Shown one piece after another: positions 20,406 to 31,057 of a stretch of 64,000 nucleotides of DNA (positions within the stretch are counted from its first letter, which is position 1; each line of letters starts with the position of its first letter). Source of the DNA: Candidatus Cloacimonadales bacterium. Lineage in GTDB: Bacteria > Cloacimonadota > Cloacimonadia > Cloacimonadales > JAIOQZ01. The position numbers and the translations under genes are program-made. The stretch is taken from NCBI GenBank assembly GCA_963665815.1, contig OY762463.1:3232001-3296000 (forward strand), in the 5' to 3' direction. The notes under the pieces are model-generated. The model did no database searches, had not been told where the DNA came from, and saw only the letters and a program-made list of their open reading frames with translations.

Positions 20406-21937
20406 AACCGTGAATAAAGGAATATTTTGGAACCAATTGCTACAATAACCAGTAATGCAGTCAACAGGAAATTTATCAGAGGCAGCCAGTGCCCATATTT
20501 GTTATAGAAAGTTGTGCCTGCATAATCATAGACAAACGTATTAAATCTTTCCATTTTCATAATTTTTGATCTATGCAAATAACGTCCACGAGGATCAACA
20601 CTTAGGGATATACCTGTATTAGCAGACCGTACAATCTGAATTCTAGACTCAATGGCTCGGAATCTTGCCATATCTGCATGCTGGAAAGTACCTGGAGATT
20701 TTTTGAACCAGGCGTCATTCGAGATATTAACAACGAAATCGGCATGTGCAATTCTTCTGAAAACAGACGGGAAAGCAATCTCATAGCAGATGATCGGAGA
20801 GTATGATGTTTCTCGTACTCTGTAAGTCTCAAACTCAGTTCCCGGTCTGAAATTTGCCTGTCCGAAATCAAGCGACCAGAGGAATGGGAACAGGCTCAAA
20901 AAAGGCATTCTTTCACCGAATGGAACTAACATGTTTTTATAATATGCTTTCTGTACATCTCCCTTTGAAGTTATCTGTGTGGCAGAATTAAAATAGTCGT
21001 ATCTATTATGTTCGCCGTCTTTTCTCAGCTTGAAGTGCTGAAATCCAATAAGGATATTAGCTTTTTCCTCGGCAGCTATTCTCTTGGTAAATTTCAGTGC
21101 AGATTGATTGTACATAAGAGCAACAGGAAGTGAAGATTCACTCCAGATCAACAGATCTGATTTCATTTTTTTAGAGAGATTCTCGTAGCGTGCGAATGTA
21201 GAATCCTCAAAAGATGCTTCCCATTTCAAATGCTGCGGAATATTAGCCTGTACAACACCAACTGTGAGATCTTTCTTTTGCAGATCTATCGTATTGACTC
21301 TTACAGCTCCGTAAATCATCCATACAAGTAAAACTCCCAGGCACAGATACAGGTAATTTTTTTCACCGTAGAGGAATTTGAACAGCCAGTAATTGATCAG
21401 GAGAATCATGATTGTAACCAGAGGAAGTCCTCCAATATCAAGGATCTGAAGCATCCAGTTGTAATTATGCAGTGAATATCCTATATTGAACCATGGGAAA
21501 CGGAATTCTCCAAAGTTCTGTAGATACTCAAATGATAACCACAGCATGAGAAAACCAATAATCTTGAGAGCCGGAAATTCCTTTCTTACAGCCATATTAA
21601 CAAGAAACAAAATAGTGAAGTAGGCTGAAAACAAGACGATCAATGCTATGAGCACACCAAATCCGGTAAAAAAAGACAATACTCCACTGCTGCTTATAGA
21701 TGTGAGCTGTGTTGGAGCAAGGCAAATCCATTGCAATCCTGCTAAAGTATAGGTGATACTAAAGTAGATTGATCCAATAATTACATTTCTTTTCTTTAAA
21801 TCTTCCTGCGAGTAGATAAAAATTGGAATAAAAGCAAAGAATACAAGAAATCCAAGATGAATTGGAAGTCTGCTTATACCCAGCATCAAACCGGCTGAAA
21901 TCGGTTTAACATAGGATACTCTGCTTTGTCCTTTCAA
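20402..21937 (-). CDS. lnt: Apolipoprotein N-acyltransferase
   Basis: FPW, VQANI, WSES, LVPFGE, ICYEIAF, SNDAWF, RAIE, RSANTGIS. Confidence 0.95.
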   Translation of the reverse strand: MKGQSRVSYVKPISAGLMLGISRLPIHLGFLVFFAFIPIFIYSQEDLKKRNVIIGSIYFSITYTLAGLQWICLAPTQLTSISSSGVLSFFTGFGVLIALIVLFSAYFTILFLVNMAVRKEFPALKIIGFLMLWLSFEYLQNFGEFRFPWFNIGYSLHNYNWMLQILDIGGLPLVTIMILLINYWLFKFLYGEKNYLYLCLGVLLVWMIYGAVRVNTIDLQKKDLTVGVVQANIPQHLKWEASFEDSTFARYENLSKKMKSDLLIWSESSLPVALMYNQSALKFTKRIAAEEKANILIGFQHFKLRKDGEHNRYDYFNSATQITSKGDVQKAYYKNMLVPFGERMPFLSLFPFLWSLDFGQANFRPGTEFETYRVRETSYSPIICYEIAFPSVFRRIAHADFVVNISNDAWFKKSPGTFQHADMARFRAIESRIQIVRSANTGISLSVDPRGRYLHRSKIMKMERFNTFVYDYAGTTFYNKYGHWLPLINFLLTALLVIVAIGSKIFLYSRL

Positions 21938-22758
21938 TTATTTACCTCTTCTGTTTTTGGGATTAACACAATAATTCTACTATCAGTGCTTTTTATAACA
22001 AATTCACCTGAAACGTCAACTTTGTTTTCATCCCAGATGATTTTTTTTGTTTTATCATTGTTAACCTGAGTGATCAATTTTGACAGAGAAAAGCTTGTTT
22101 CATTGAACTGAAAACAGAAATAATCCTGAGTTTCCGAGAAATTCCCGAGATCAGAGTATGTAAGAGTCTTATTATCCTCTCTACTATATAGATATATCCA
22201 TTTATCAGTAGAGTACAGCTTATGTGGTTTTATGTCGAAAATTTTATCCAGAACCTGAGTTTCTCCTGAAGCAGACGGACTCAACTGAATAAGCTCTTTT
22301 GTTCCGTCATCAAAGATAATCCAGTTATTCTCATCGAGGACAGTTATAAGCATCGGGTTGCTGCAGTTAGAAAGCGATATACTCCCAAGGTACTCTCCTT
22401 CAGATGAATACTGTTTTATCTTTTTCTGAAAAGAATCCAGAGCAAGCAGGTGATTATCATGCGATAATGATATATCTGTCAGATTATTAAACTGATTGTC
22501 TCCGAACCCAATACCACCTATAGTGTTGATCTTTTTGTTATCATCTGTATTAAATATATCAATTTTAAATGCGGTCTTATTCAGGCAGTATAGTCTTTTC
22601 TTTTCTCTCTGAAGAAGATATTTATCGTAAGTTCCTGATACAGATATTGTATCTACAGGAGTAAGTTCTGTTCTTGCATGCTGAAAATCCTGTGAATTAA
22701 TGAAAGTACAGGATACTGCAATCAGGCAGCATACAATAATAAAACTATTTCTTAACAA
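21934..22758 (-). CDS. Hypothetical exported protein, NHL/beta-propeller-like
   Basis: Signal or lipobox (AVSC); GGIGFGDNQFNNLTDI resembles an NHL repeat. Confidence 0.55.
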   Translation of the reverse strand: MLRNSFIIVCCLIAVSCTFINSQDFQHARTELTPVDTISVSGTYDKYLLQREKKRLYCLNKTAFKIDIFNTDDNKKINTIGGIGFGDNQFNNLTDISLSHDNHLLALDSFQKKIKQYSSEGEYLGSISLSNCSNPMLITVLDENNWIIFDDGTKELIQLSPSASGETQVLDKIFDIKPHKLYSTDKWIYLYSREDNKTLTYSDLGNFSETQDYFCFQFNETSFSLSKLITQVNNDKTKKIIWDENKVDVSGEFVIKSTDSRIIVLIPKTEEVNN

Positions 22759-24466
22759 ATCTTATATCCTTGAGTTTCCCTTGTATGGTAATCTTGTTCT
22801 GCCAGGTATTCCATTCAAGAGAATAGGCTATATCAATCCTTGTATTCTTCTTCAGCAGAGGCTGTAAATGCCCCATGTTGAAGCCAATAAGATCAAGATA
22901 ACAACCGTCTTTCTGCACTTTCATCTTAAGATGATTCCTGCCAACAACGTAAGGATAGTTAGTTATAATCACTTTTTCAGTATAAAAAACTGGTCTCATG
23001 TTTCCCGGACCGAAAGGAGCGAATTTCTCCAGCCAGGAAATAAGAGAATTGTGGATATCATAAAGTTCAATATTATGGTCAACATTCAGTGGTGGAATCA
23101 GTTGGTAAGATTGTATATGTTCTTTAACATAAGCATTCATTTTATCTTCGAGAATATCCAGATATTCTACAAGTACAGATAACCCGGCAGCGTATTTATG
23201 GCCACCAAAGCTTTCCAGCATATCTTCTACTTCCGTAAGGGCTTCAAACAGATTGAAATCAGCAATGCTTCGACCGGAACCGGATCCTATACCTTCATTC
23301 AGAGCAATCATTATTGTCGGTCTGTAGTATTTTTCTACAAGTTTTGATGCAACAATTCCGATAACACCCGGATGCCAGTTCTCTGAAGCCACAACAATAC
23401 AGTATACTTCATCAAGATTAGGGTATTTGTCTTCGATCAGTCTGCATGCTTCTCTGTAGGTTTTCTGGTCAATTTCCTGCCTGACAGAATTCTCTTTTTC
23501 GATAATCAGAGCAAGCTCGTGACTATCTTTAATGTCTTCTGATGTCAGCAGTTCAACAGCTCTCATGGCAGATCCCATTCTTCCGGCTGCATTAATTCTG
23601 GGAGCCAGTCCGAAAACAATATCTGTAGTATTCAGGGCTTTATTGGACGTACCTGAGATGCTGATCAACGCAGAAAGTCCAAGATTTTTCTTTTTATAGA
23701 GATGTTCCAGTCCAATCCCGGCAAAGATTCTGTTTTCTCCGATGAGAGGGACAATATCAGCTATTGTTCCAACTGCAACCAGGTCGAGAAATCTGAATAT
23801 TTCCGACTCAGTATATTTTCCTACTTTCTGATAAACAGCCATGAGCAGTTTATAAGCCACTCCAACACCTGCAAGATCCTTAAATGGATATTTACAATCA
23901 GGCATTTTCGGGTTAATAATTGCAAAAGCATCTGGAATTTCATCTTTTGGATTGTGATGATCAGTGATAATCATCTGCATTCCGAGTTCATTTACAACAG
24001 AAACTTCATCCATGGCGTTAATTCCGCAGTCAACACTGATAATCAGTCTTGTTCCGGAATCCAGCAGCTGCTGTACTCCGCCTCTGGAAAGTCCGTACCC
24101 TTCAATCATCCTATGGGGAATGTAATAATCTACTATTGCGTTAATTCTCTGTAAACCGAGATAAAGCAATGCAGTTGATGTTGTACCGTCAACATCGTAG
24201 TCTCCATAGATGGTGATTTTCTCGTTATTTTGAATAGCTTCAACGATTCTGTTACAGGCTTTATCCATATCTTTAAAAAGAAATGGATCATGCACATCCT
24301 CAATAGATGGATTGAAGAAAGAATCAATCTCATTGAGATCTGTAATGCCTTTTCGGATAAGGATTTCTGCAACAATCTCCGGGCACTTCAATTCTGATGA
24401 AATACGTGTTTTTAACAGAGTCTGCTCCTCGTTAAGCTGACCTGTTTTGTGCCACCTTTTTTTCAT
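22745..24466 (-). CDS. recJ: Single-stranded DNA exonuclease RecJ
   Basis: YGDYDVDG, VDCG, TDHH, PRINAAGR, GGHKYAAG; ATG at 24466 preferred. Confidence 0.97.
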   Translation of the reverse strand: MKKRWHKTGQLNEEQTLLKTRISSELKCPEIVAEILIRKGITDLNEIDSFFNPSIEDVHDPFLFKDMDKACNRIVEAIQNNEKITIYGDYDVDGTTSTALLYLGLQRINAIVDYYIPHRMIEGYGLSRGGVQQLLDSGTRLIISVDCGINAMDEVSVVNELGMQMIITDHHNPKDEIPDAFAIINPKMPDCKYPFKDLAGVGVAYKLLMAVYQKVGKYTESEIFRFLDLVAVGTIADIVPLIGENRIFAGIGLEHLYKKKNLGLSALISISGTSNKALNTTDIVFGLAPRINAAGRMGSAMRAVELLTSEDIKDSHELALIIEKENSVRQEIDQKTYREACRLIEDKYPNLDEVYCIVVASENWHPGVIGIVASKLVEKYYRPTIMIALNEGIGSGSGRSIADFNLFEALTEVEDMLESFGGHKYAAGLSVLVEYLDILEDKMNAYVKEHIQSYQLIPPLNVDHNIELYDIHNSLISWLEKFAPFGPGNMRPVFYTEKVIITNYPYVVGRNHLKMKVQKDGCYLDLIGFNMGHLQPLLKKNTRIDIAYSLEWNTWQNKITIQGKLKDIRFVKK

Positions 24467-24511
24467 ATTTACCTTTATAGTTCTTTTTTTTAAAATCAAA
24501 TAAATAAGTGC

Positions 24512-24896
24512 CGGAGAAGCTGATAAGCCGAATTCTGTGCATCACGTAACAGGTGATGCAATGTCAATTTAACTTCACCGTATATTGCTATTCTCTACTG
24601 AGATCTGTAAAAGAACGGCTGTAGCTGCCTACCCGGGAACATACAGACTGGCAGCCTGTTATCGCAAGGATCGTTCCCCTATTTGGCATTGCACCGGATA
24701 AGGCTTTCCTGGCATATCGGTTCACACCAATATCCGGTAGTCTCTTACACTACCATTTCACCCTTACTTCCGCAGAACGGAAGCGGTTTGTTTCTGTGGA
24801 GCTGGCTTCCTGTCACCAGGACTTTCCGTTAGAAAGTATCCTGCCATATGGTGTTCGGACTTTCCTCCCATCAGGGCTGACATTCCAGCTTCTCCG
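24512..24896 (-). ncRNA. rnpB: RNase P RNA (type A)
   Basis: Minus strand: GAGGAAAGTCC near 5' end, GGGTGAAA, ACAGAATTCGGCTTA near 3' end; P1 helix CGGAGAAGCTG/CAGCTTCTCCG. Confidence 0.95.
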
Positions 24897-24900
24897 AAAA

Positions 24901-25611
24901 TTAATCTTTTGTATCTTTAACCAGGATTCTTCCGCAGTTTTCGCAGCTGATAATTTTATTGCCTTTACTTACTTCAATTGCAAGTTGCGGTCTTATTTTA
25001 AATCCACAACCTTCACATGCATCATTACTGGCAAAAACAACTGCTTTTCTGTTCTTATTCTTTATAAGAAGTACATATCTCTTAATCAATTGACGCGGAA
25101 GCGCTTTTGCTATATCATTTCTATCTTGTTTGAGTTTTTCAATTTCCTGATTAACTTTTTCTATCTTCTTGTTGAGCTTGTCTTCATTGGCATTAAGTTC
25201 TTTTTCAGCATTTTTTACAGATGTATCAGCATCAGTTAAGTTACCTCTCAGCGATGCTTCTATCTCCATAAGCTGAATCTGTTCATCATCAATCTTTTTG
25301 TTAGCTTCTTTAAGGTGATTGATTTCACTATGAAGAGCTTTATATTCTTTATTGGTTTTTATAGCCAGAAGCTGGTTCTCATATTTAGCCATAGTGTCTT
25401 TATTGGCCTTGATTTCAAGTTCTTTGGCTTTTTGAGTTTTCTGATTTTCAAGAAGAGCATTATGTGCTTCCTCATATGCTTCTTTTGTAGATTTTACCTG
25501 TTCATGAAGACTGTCGAGTTCTTCAGGTAATTTCTTCTTATCAACTTCACGGATACCTATCTGATCATCAATTTCCTGCATTTTGACGAGTGTCGATAAA
25601 TTCGAATTCAT
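24901..25611 (-). CDS. Coiled-coil C4 zinc-ribbon protein (DUF164/CT398-like)
   Basis: Long coiled coil, KTNKEYKAL, CEGC...CENCGRIL; this family is commonly found next to rnpB. Confidence 0.88.
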   Translation of the reverse strand: MNSNLSTLVKMQEIDDQIGIREVDKKKLPEELDSLHEQVKSTKEAYEEAHNALLENQKTQKAKELEIKANKDTMAKYENQLLAIKTNKEYKALHSEINHLKEANKKIDDEQIQLMEIEASLRGNLTDADTSVKNAEKELNANEDKLNKKIEKVNQEIEKLKQDRNDIAKALPRQLIKRYVLLIKNKNRKAVVFASNDACEGCGFKIRPQLAIEVSKGNKIISCENCGRILVKDTKD

Positions 25612-25618
25612 TTTAAAT

Positions 25619-26446
25619 TTACTCCTTAACCAATAAACTGAGATCTAGTGACTTATATGAGTGTGTCAGTGCTCCGGAAGATATGAAATGAACTCCTGTT
25701 TCTGCTACCGATCCGATAGTCTCAAGGGTAATATTTCCTGATGCTTCCAACTCAACTCTCTGCCCATACTGTTCTACAGCCTGACTCATATCTTCAAGCG
25801 ACATGTTATCTAACAGGATTCTGTCTGCTCCTGCCAGTACAGCCTCTTCAAGCTCATCTAAGTTTGTTACTTCTACTTCAATTTTATATGTTGAATTTTT
25901 GTGTTTAATTTTAATTATACTGTCTGTTATTGAACCTACTGATCTGATATGGTTTTCTTTTATCATAACCATATCGTACAAACCGAATCTGTGGTTATAT
26001 CCACCACCTGTTCGAACTGCGTACTTTTCAAAATATCTTAATAATGGTGTTGTTTTACGAGTATCAAGCAGCTTAGCTTCCGTATTTTTAATTTCTTCCA
26101 CATATCTTCCGGTCATTGTGGATATACCGCTTAATCTCTGCATGAAGTTTAATGCTACTCTTTCTGCTTTTAATATTGATTGTCCCATTCCTGAAATCTT
26201 CAGAACATCATCGCCCTTCAGAACTCTGTCTCCATCCTTCCTGTAGGCCACAAGATGTATTTCAGGATCAATCATTCTGAATATTTCTTTAGCGACTTCG
26301 ATACCACAGAGTATGCCGTCTTCCTTGGCAATTATGTATGCATTTACACTTTTGTGACCCAGATCAAGATAATCTGTCGTAATATCACCTGTACCAATAT
26401 CTTCCAGTAACGCCTGTTTTATTTTTTCTTTTATAATCATATCCAT
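25619..26446 (-). CDS. nadC: Quinolinate phosphoribosyltransferase
   Basis: EDIGTGDITT, DTRKTTP, NHRFGL, KENH, EVEV, LLDNM, EASG. Confidence 0.97.
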   Translation of the reverse strand: MDMIIKEKIKQALLEDIGTGDITTDYLDLGHKSVNAYIIAKEDGILCGIEVAKEIFRMIDPEIHLVAYRKDGDRVLKGDDVLKISGMGQSILKAERVALNFMQRLSGISTMTGRYVEEIKNTEAKLLDTRKTTPLLRYFEKYAVRTGGGYNHRFGLYDMVMIKENHIRSVGSITDSIIKIKHKNSTYKIEVEVTNLDELEEAVLAGADRILLDNMSLEDMSQAVEQYGQRVELEASGNITLETIGSVAETGVHFISSGALTHSYKSLDLSLLVKE

Positions 26447-26474
26447 TTATGAGCCTTTCGATGCGATTTTAAAT

Positions 26475-26506
26475 AAAAAAAGCATTTGTTAAACCAACAA
26501 ATGCTT
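26475..26506 (-). terminator. Terminator-like hairpin just upstream of nadC
   Basis: Minus strand AAGCATTTGTT-ggttt-AACAAATGCTT followed by TTTTT. Confidence 0.7.
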
Positions 26507-26563
26507 GTGTTTATATAATTTTGAATAATTTTCACTTTTAAATTCGAGTATTCTTATTCGCAT
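26489..26563 (-). CDS. Putative 24-aa leader peptide or small protein (MRIRILEFKSENYSKLYKHKHLLV)
   Basis: AGAGGAG SD upstream; TTGACA at 26608-26613 (minus); stop codon lies inside the hairpin. Confidence 0.45.
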   Translation of the reverse strand: MRIRILEFKSENYSKLYKHKHLLV

Positions 26564-26813
26564 CACTTTATTTCTCCTCTTTTGCATTTTTTATATTTTG
26601 TGTATATTGTCAATGAATATTTACTTTTTAAAACATTTAAATATCAAGCGGTTGTACAACATGATTTTATAGACTGAGAATGTTTAAAAACAATTCATTA
26701 CATACTCTGAAAATGTCAGGGAAACAAGATACTGAACTACTAATTCAACAAATTTGTTGACTTAATGAACATTATCTTTGCAAATTGTCGAAAAATCATG
26801 TAAGGGGTGAACA

Positions 26814-28355
26814 ATGTTCAGCAAATCAATTTCCTATGCAGTCCTGGGAATCGATGCAACTCAAGTTACTGTTGAAGCTGATATCAAAGGCGGTCTTGGG
26901 AAATTCTCTATCGTTGGTCTGCCATCAAATACAATAAAAGAAAGCCGTGACAGAATTACTGCTGCAATCAAAAATAGCGGATTCAAGTTTCTGTCCTATA
27001 ACTATACAATCAATCTTGCTCCCGCAGATATTAAGAAAGACGGTGTTGCTCTCGATCTGCCCGGAGCAGTTGCTATTCTTGCAGCATCAAAACAGATGAG
27101 ACATGATAAACTCGATCAATACGCTGTAATCGGCGAGCTGTCTCTCGATGGGAACGTTCGACCTATCCGCGGAGTTCTGCCAATTGCTATTGCAGCCAAA
27201 CGAGATAATCTTAAAGGGATAATCCTTCCAAGAGAAAATGCTGATGAAGCAGCAATTATTGAAGGTCTGAACGTTTACCCTGTGGAACATCTTAACGAAG
27301 CAGTTGAATTTCTGAACGGTACAATGAAGATTGAAGAACATATTGTTGATCAGGACAAATACTTTGGTGGACTTAACACTTCTCTTGTAGATATGTACGA
27401 TGTTAAAGGACAGTTTCAGGTTAAAAGAGCCTTGGAAATAGCAGCAGCCGGAAGTCACAATATTCTCATGATCGGACCTCCGGGATCAGGAAAAACCATG
27501 CTGGCAAGACGAATCTCGACAATCCTACCTGATTTCAGTCTGGATGAAGCACTGGAAACAACCAAAATCCACTCTGTTGCCGGACTGATGGAAACTCGTG
27601 AAAACGGGATTGTCAAAGAACGCCCTTTCCGCTCACCGCATCACACCATATCTGATGTCGCTCTTATTGGAGGAGGCAGCTACCCTAAACCGGGTGAAGT
27701 CTCACTGTCTCATAACGGCATCCTGTTTCTCGATGAACTTCCCGAGTTCAAAAAAACAGTTCTGGAAGTACTCAGACAACCCCTCGAAGACGAGATTGTC
27801 ACAATATCACGTGCAACTCAATCACTTGTATTTCCTGCCAAGTTCATGCTCGTGGCATCCATGAATCCCTGCCCCTGCGGTTATTACGGATCAGAAACAG
27901 AAGGGCATTCCTGTAAATGCTCAATCGGGCAAATACAAAGATACAGATCAAAGATTTCCGGACCTCTCCTCGACAGGATTGATCTGCATGTAGAAGTCCC
28001 TGCAGTAGAATTCGACGAACTGAGTAAACTGCCGGTAGGAGAAAAATCCGAGGAAGTCCGAGAACGGGTTAATGTAGCCCGTCAAGTACAATTGGACAGA
28101 TTTGACGGAAGTGAGATATTCAGCAACTCCCAGATGAATTCGAAACAGATGCGCAAACATTGCCAACTGGATGATAAATGTACAGCCCTGCTCAAAAAGG
28201 CAATGGACAATCTGGGACTGTCCGCCAGAGCGTTCGACAGGATTCGAAAGGTTGCCCGTACAATAGCGGATCTCGATAAAAGCGGAGCTATAAAACCACA
28301 CCATGTCAGTGAAGCGGTTCAATACAGAAGTCTGGACAGGAAGTTCTGGAGTTGA
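26814..28355 (+). CDS. comM: YifB/ComM Mg-chelatase-like AAA+ ATPase
   Basis: IVGLP, INLAPADIKK, GPPGSGKTM, PFRSPHHT, GILFLDELPEF, SGPLLDRID. Confidence 0.95.
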   Translation: MFSKSISYAVLGIDATQVTVEADIKGGLGKFSIVGLPSNTIKESRDRITAAIKNSGFKFLSYNYTINLAPADIKKDGVALDLPGAVAILAASKQMRHDKLDQYAVIGELSLDGNVRPIRGVLPIAIAAKRDNLKGIILPRENADEAAIIEGLNVYPVEHLNEAVEFLNGTMKIEEHIVDQDKYFGGLNTSLVDMYDVKGQFQVKRALEIAAAGSHNILMIGPPGSGKTMLARRISTILPDFSLDEALETTKIHSVAGLMETRENGIVKERPFRSPHHTISDVALIGGGSYPKPGEVSLSHNGILFLDELPEFKKTVLEVLRQPLEDEIVTISRATQSLVFPAKFMLVASMNPCPCGYYGSETEGHSCKCSIGQIQRYRSKISGPLLDRIDLHVEVPAVEFDELSKLPVGEKSEEVRERVNVARQVQLDRFDGSEIFSNSQMNSKQMRKHCQLDDKCTALLKKAMDNLGLSARAFDRIRKVARTIADLDKSGAIKPHHVSEAVQYRSLDRKFWS

Positions 28356-28597
28356 GGGAAGATGAAGTAGAGAATGGGAATGAACATGGAACAAAATAAG
28401 CATCTAAAAATATGTTTTCATACGGTCAGTTAACCTATATATATCTTGATGAAAAATTAATATTGACTTATAAGAATTTCATTTTTGACAATTACATAGG
28501 AGTTTGATTATCAATTTTTAATGATATGGATTAGTTAAAAGTTTACACTAAATCGCAAATTTATCTGGTTTTAATTTATAGATTAATGGAGGAGAAC

Positions 28598-29518
28598 ATG
28601 ATTATAAAACGCAAAGAGCTGTATGTTGAAGATTTAATTGAAATCATAGAGAATCTAAAAGTTAGGCTGAATGAAATGAAACAAAAACTTACAGTAGATG
28701 AGATTATTAACAAAGGATTGTTTGTAATGTCATCTTCCATTTTTGAAGACTCTATTCGCTCAATACTAAAGGAAATTTTACTGAAATATCCACAAAAACT
28801 TAAAGATAAATCTTATACTATATCCAGAAAGGTTGTTCATAATATTTCATTAAATGGATTCGAGGTAATAATTGATCATGCTTTGTTCAAATTATTCCAT
28901 GAAGGAGTTAAAGAACAGTTATTATATGCATTCAAAATCATTTCCAATAAGGTTGAAAAAGACCTACTACCTGAATCTCTAAAAGTTATAGATGGCTGTG
29001 AGGAAGTCTCATGGTATAGGAATGCATTAATACATAATGGAGGGAGACCGACACAAATGATTATAAATCAAGCAAAATATCATAGAAATGAGAAAAACGA
29101 TAAAATCAATTTCAACAAGGACTTAGTTAGTCGCTTCATAAATGAATATAGTAATATATCTAATATAATAAAGAATGAAGTCATCGAAAAGTTTACGCAA
29201 CATAGACCTGAGACTAAAATTAAAAAACTAAAAAAACTGTGGAGTAAATGTTTTAATAGTCCTCTTTTATCTTTTGACAGTTATTGGTCATATTGTACCG
29301 AAAAAGATATTGTTATTGATGCAAAATTCACAAGCTCAGAAAATGCACTTAGCTCAGGTGAATCAGTTCTATTGTCTATCTGGAGAAGCCAGTTCAATGA
29401 TGTATATAAGGCAAAAAGTTTCATAGTATTGAACATAAACTATGATTTAATCTATGAAATGTATAAAGTGTTTGATGAAGTAAAGTTTTTTTATATGCAC
29501 CAGATCGCTATTCCATAG
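28598..29518 (+). CDS. HEPN-motif hypothetical protein (candidate RNase toxin or defence effector)
   Basis: SSSIFED helix plus RNALIH (R-x4-H); AT-rich; GGAGG SD before ATG 28598. Confidence 0.55.
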   Translation: MIIKRKELYVEDLIEIIENLKVRLNEMKQKLTVDEIINKGLFVMSSSIFEDSIRSILKEILLKYPQKLKDKSYTISRKVVHNISLNGFEVIIDHALFKLFHEGVKEQLLYAFKIISNKVEKDLLPESLKVIDGCEEVSWYRNALIHNGGRPTQMIINQAKYHRNEKNDKINFNKDLVSRFINEYSNISNIIKNEVIEKFTQHRPETKIKKLKKLWSKCFNSPLLSFDSYWSYCTEKDIVIDAKFTSSENALSSGESVLLSIWRSQFNDVYKAKSFIVLNINYDLIYEMYKVFDEVKFFYMHQIAIP

Positions 29519-29766
29519 ACCGTAAGAATTTAGGGTAAAATATATTAGATTACATATTTATACTAAATCTAAACCAAACAAACTCGGTTTGTTCAGCTAC
29601 ATGTAATATCGCTTGTCTTCCTTTCCCTCACTGCAAAGATTATATACCAATGTCTCATATCAAAGAATACTAAACTTCAGAATGGTACAATCTTAGGGGA
29701 AGTTCAGATAGGTGAACTGATTTTGACTGAAAACGCCCACTCATCTAATGCATAGTATAAATCCCC

Positions 29767-30780
29767 CTACTCTACAACATCTCCTTCAGCTTCTTCTATC
29801 AATTCCTGTGAAGGATGGATATTCCATTCTGCCAGCTTTTTAAGATCGAATGCTGTACCAACCGGAGGCCATTCAGGAATAATATCTTTGATATCCTCCC
29901 CCCTGAACAATCTGTCTATCATTTTTGCTGCTTGAACTCCTGCACCTGTCAGACATGGATAGATTGAGAAAGCAGCACCCCAATCTTCCATTACATCTTT
30001 TCTACCCTGTCCCAGCAAGGGTTTAGTGGATGTTTTGTATACCATCTCAGCAAAAGTTCTTTGTACTCCCATCTGATCATTAGGGCTGATATATATATCT
30101 ACCTCAGAATCAATTTCCTTAACATGGTCTTCAGCCAACTGAGTCATTCTTATATATCCTAACTCACTTTTGACAAACTCAACTTTTCTGAAGACGAAAT
30201 TCAAATCCATGAAGTCCGGTAGTTCATGGCTCTCCTTGATCCACTCAACATAACTGAGCGACTGAGGCATTTCGGAGTAGATCAGCCCGATATTCTTAAC
30301 ATTCGGCATGACCTTACGTATAAATCTAAGCCTCTCTTCTATCTTAACAGGATAGCAAACACCCGTAAAGTTGGCTTTGGGGCTTTCCTCAAAATTGTCT
30401 ATAATACCCAGACCAACGGGGTCGGTGACACTCGCAAAAACAACTTTGTATTTATCATTCCCCATAACCTGATTGCGCATACCCTCTGCCGCAACAGTGC
30501 CGTTCACAAAAATCACATCGTATTCATTATCCTTCTCTTTTCGGAATACGTTTCTGGCTGCACCCACATGATTTGCCAGCGAGTAATATACGATAACCAG
30601 ATTTTTATTCACGACATATCCTGATCTGTTAAGTTCTGCCAGCATGGATTCTCTCACAGACAGATATGGTTCACTATCCTGGGAATCAATAATAAGCAGT
30701 CTATATACATTATCTCCGGCTGAAAGGCTGAAAATGAGCATTAAGAACATGGCTGTTAAAAGCACTTTACCCGAAATCAT
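29767..30780 (-). CDS. ABC-type substrate-binding protein (ABC_sub_bind family), orphan
   Basis: Signal peptide; VVFASVTDPVGLG, NFTGV, IGLIY, GEDIKDI. Confidence 0.8.
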   Translation of the reverse strand: MISGKVLLTAMFLMLIFSLSAGDNVYRLLIIDSQDSEPYLSVRESMLAELNRSGYVVNKNLVIVYYSLANHVGAARNVFRKEKDNEYDVIFVNGTVAAEGMRNQVMGNDKYKVVFASVTDPVGLGIIDNFEESPKANFTGVCYPVKIEERLRFIRKVMPNVKNIGLIYSEMPQSLSYVEWIKESHELPDFMDLNFVFRKVEFVKSELGYIRMTQLAEDHVKEIDSEVDIYISPNDQMGVQRTFAEMVYKTSTKPLLGQGRKDVMEDWGAAFSIYPCLTGAGVQAAKMIDRLFRGEDIKDIIPEWPPVGTAFDLKKLAEWNIHPSQELIEEAEGDVVE

Positions 30781-31057
30781 TTCTGCTCCTGTTTAAGATT
30801 ATAAGCTGAATCCTGACAATCTATTTATATAATATAGATTCAAAACTACCAATGAGCAAGATTTTGTTTGTTTCTGAATAACAACTTTTAGTAATTCAGT
30901 TAAGAGCTTTAACTGCTAACTGTTGTTTAATAACTGATAAATCAACATATTTTCTTTTAAGTGGAAGATATAGAGGAGAAAAATTAACAAAGTTCTGGAC
31001 ATATTTCTGTTTATTATTTGAACTTACATAAAAAGCAAGCATGCAGGAGTGAGGACC

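Noticed and set aside
24796-25239. 147-aa plus-strand ORF
   Set aside because: Antisense shadow of rnpB and the zinc-ribbon gene.
26814-28355. comM interrupted by an integrative element
   Set aside because: The ORF is full length (513 aa) and no second comM fragment or integrase was found.
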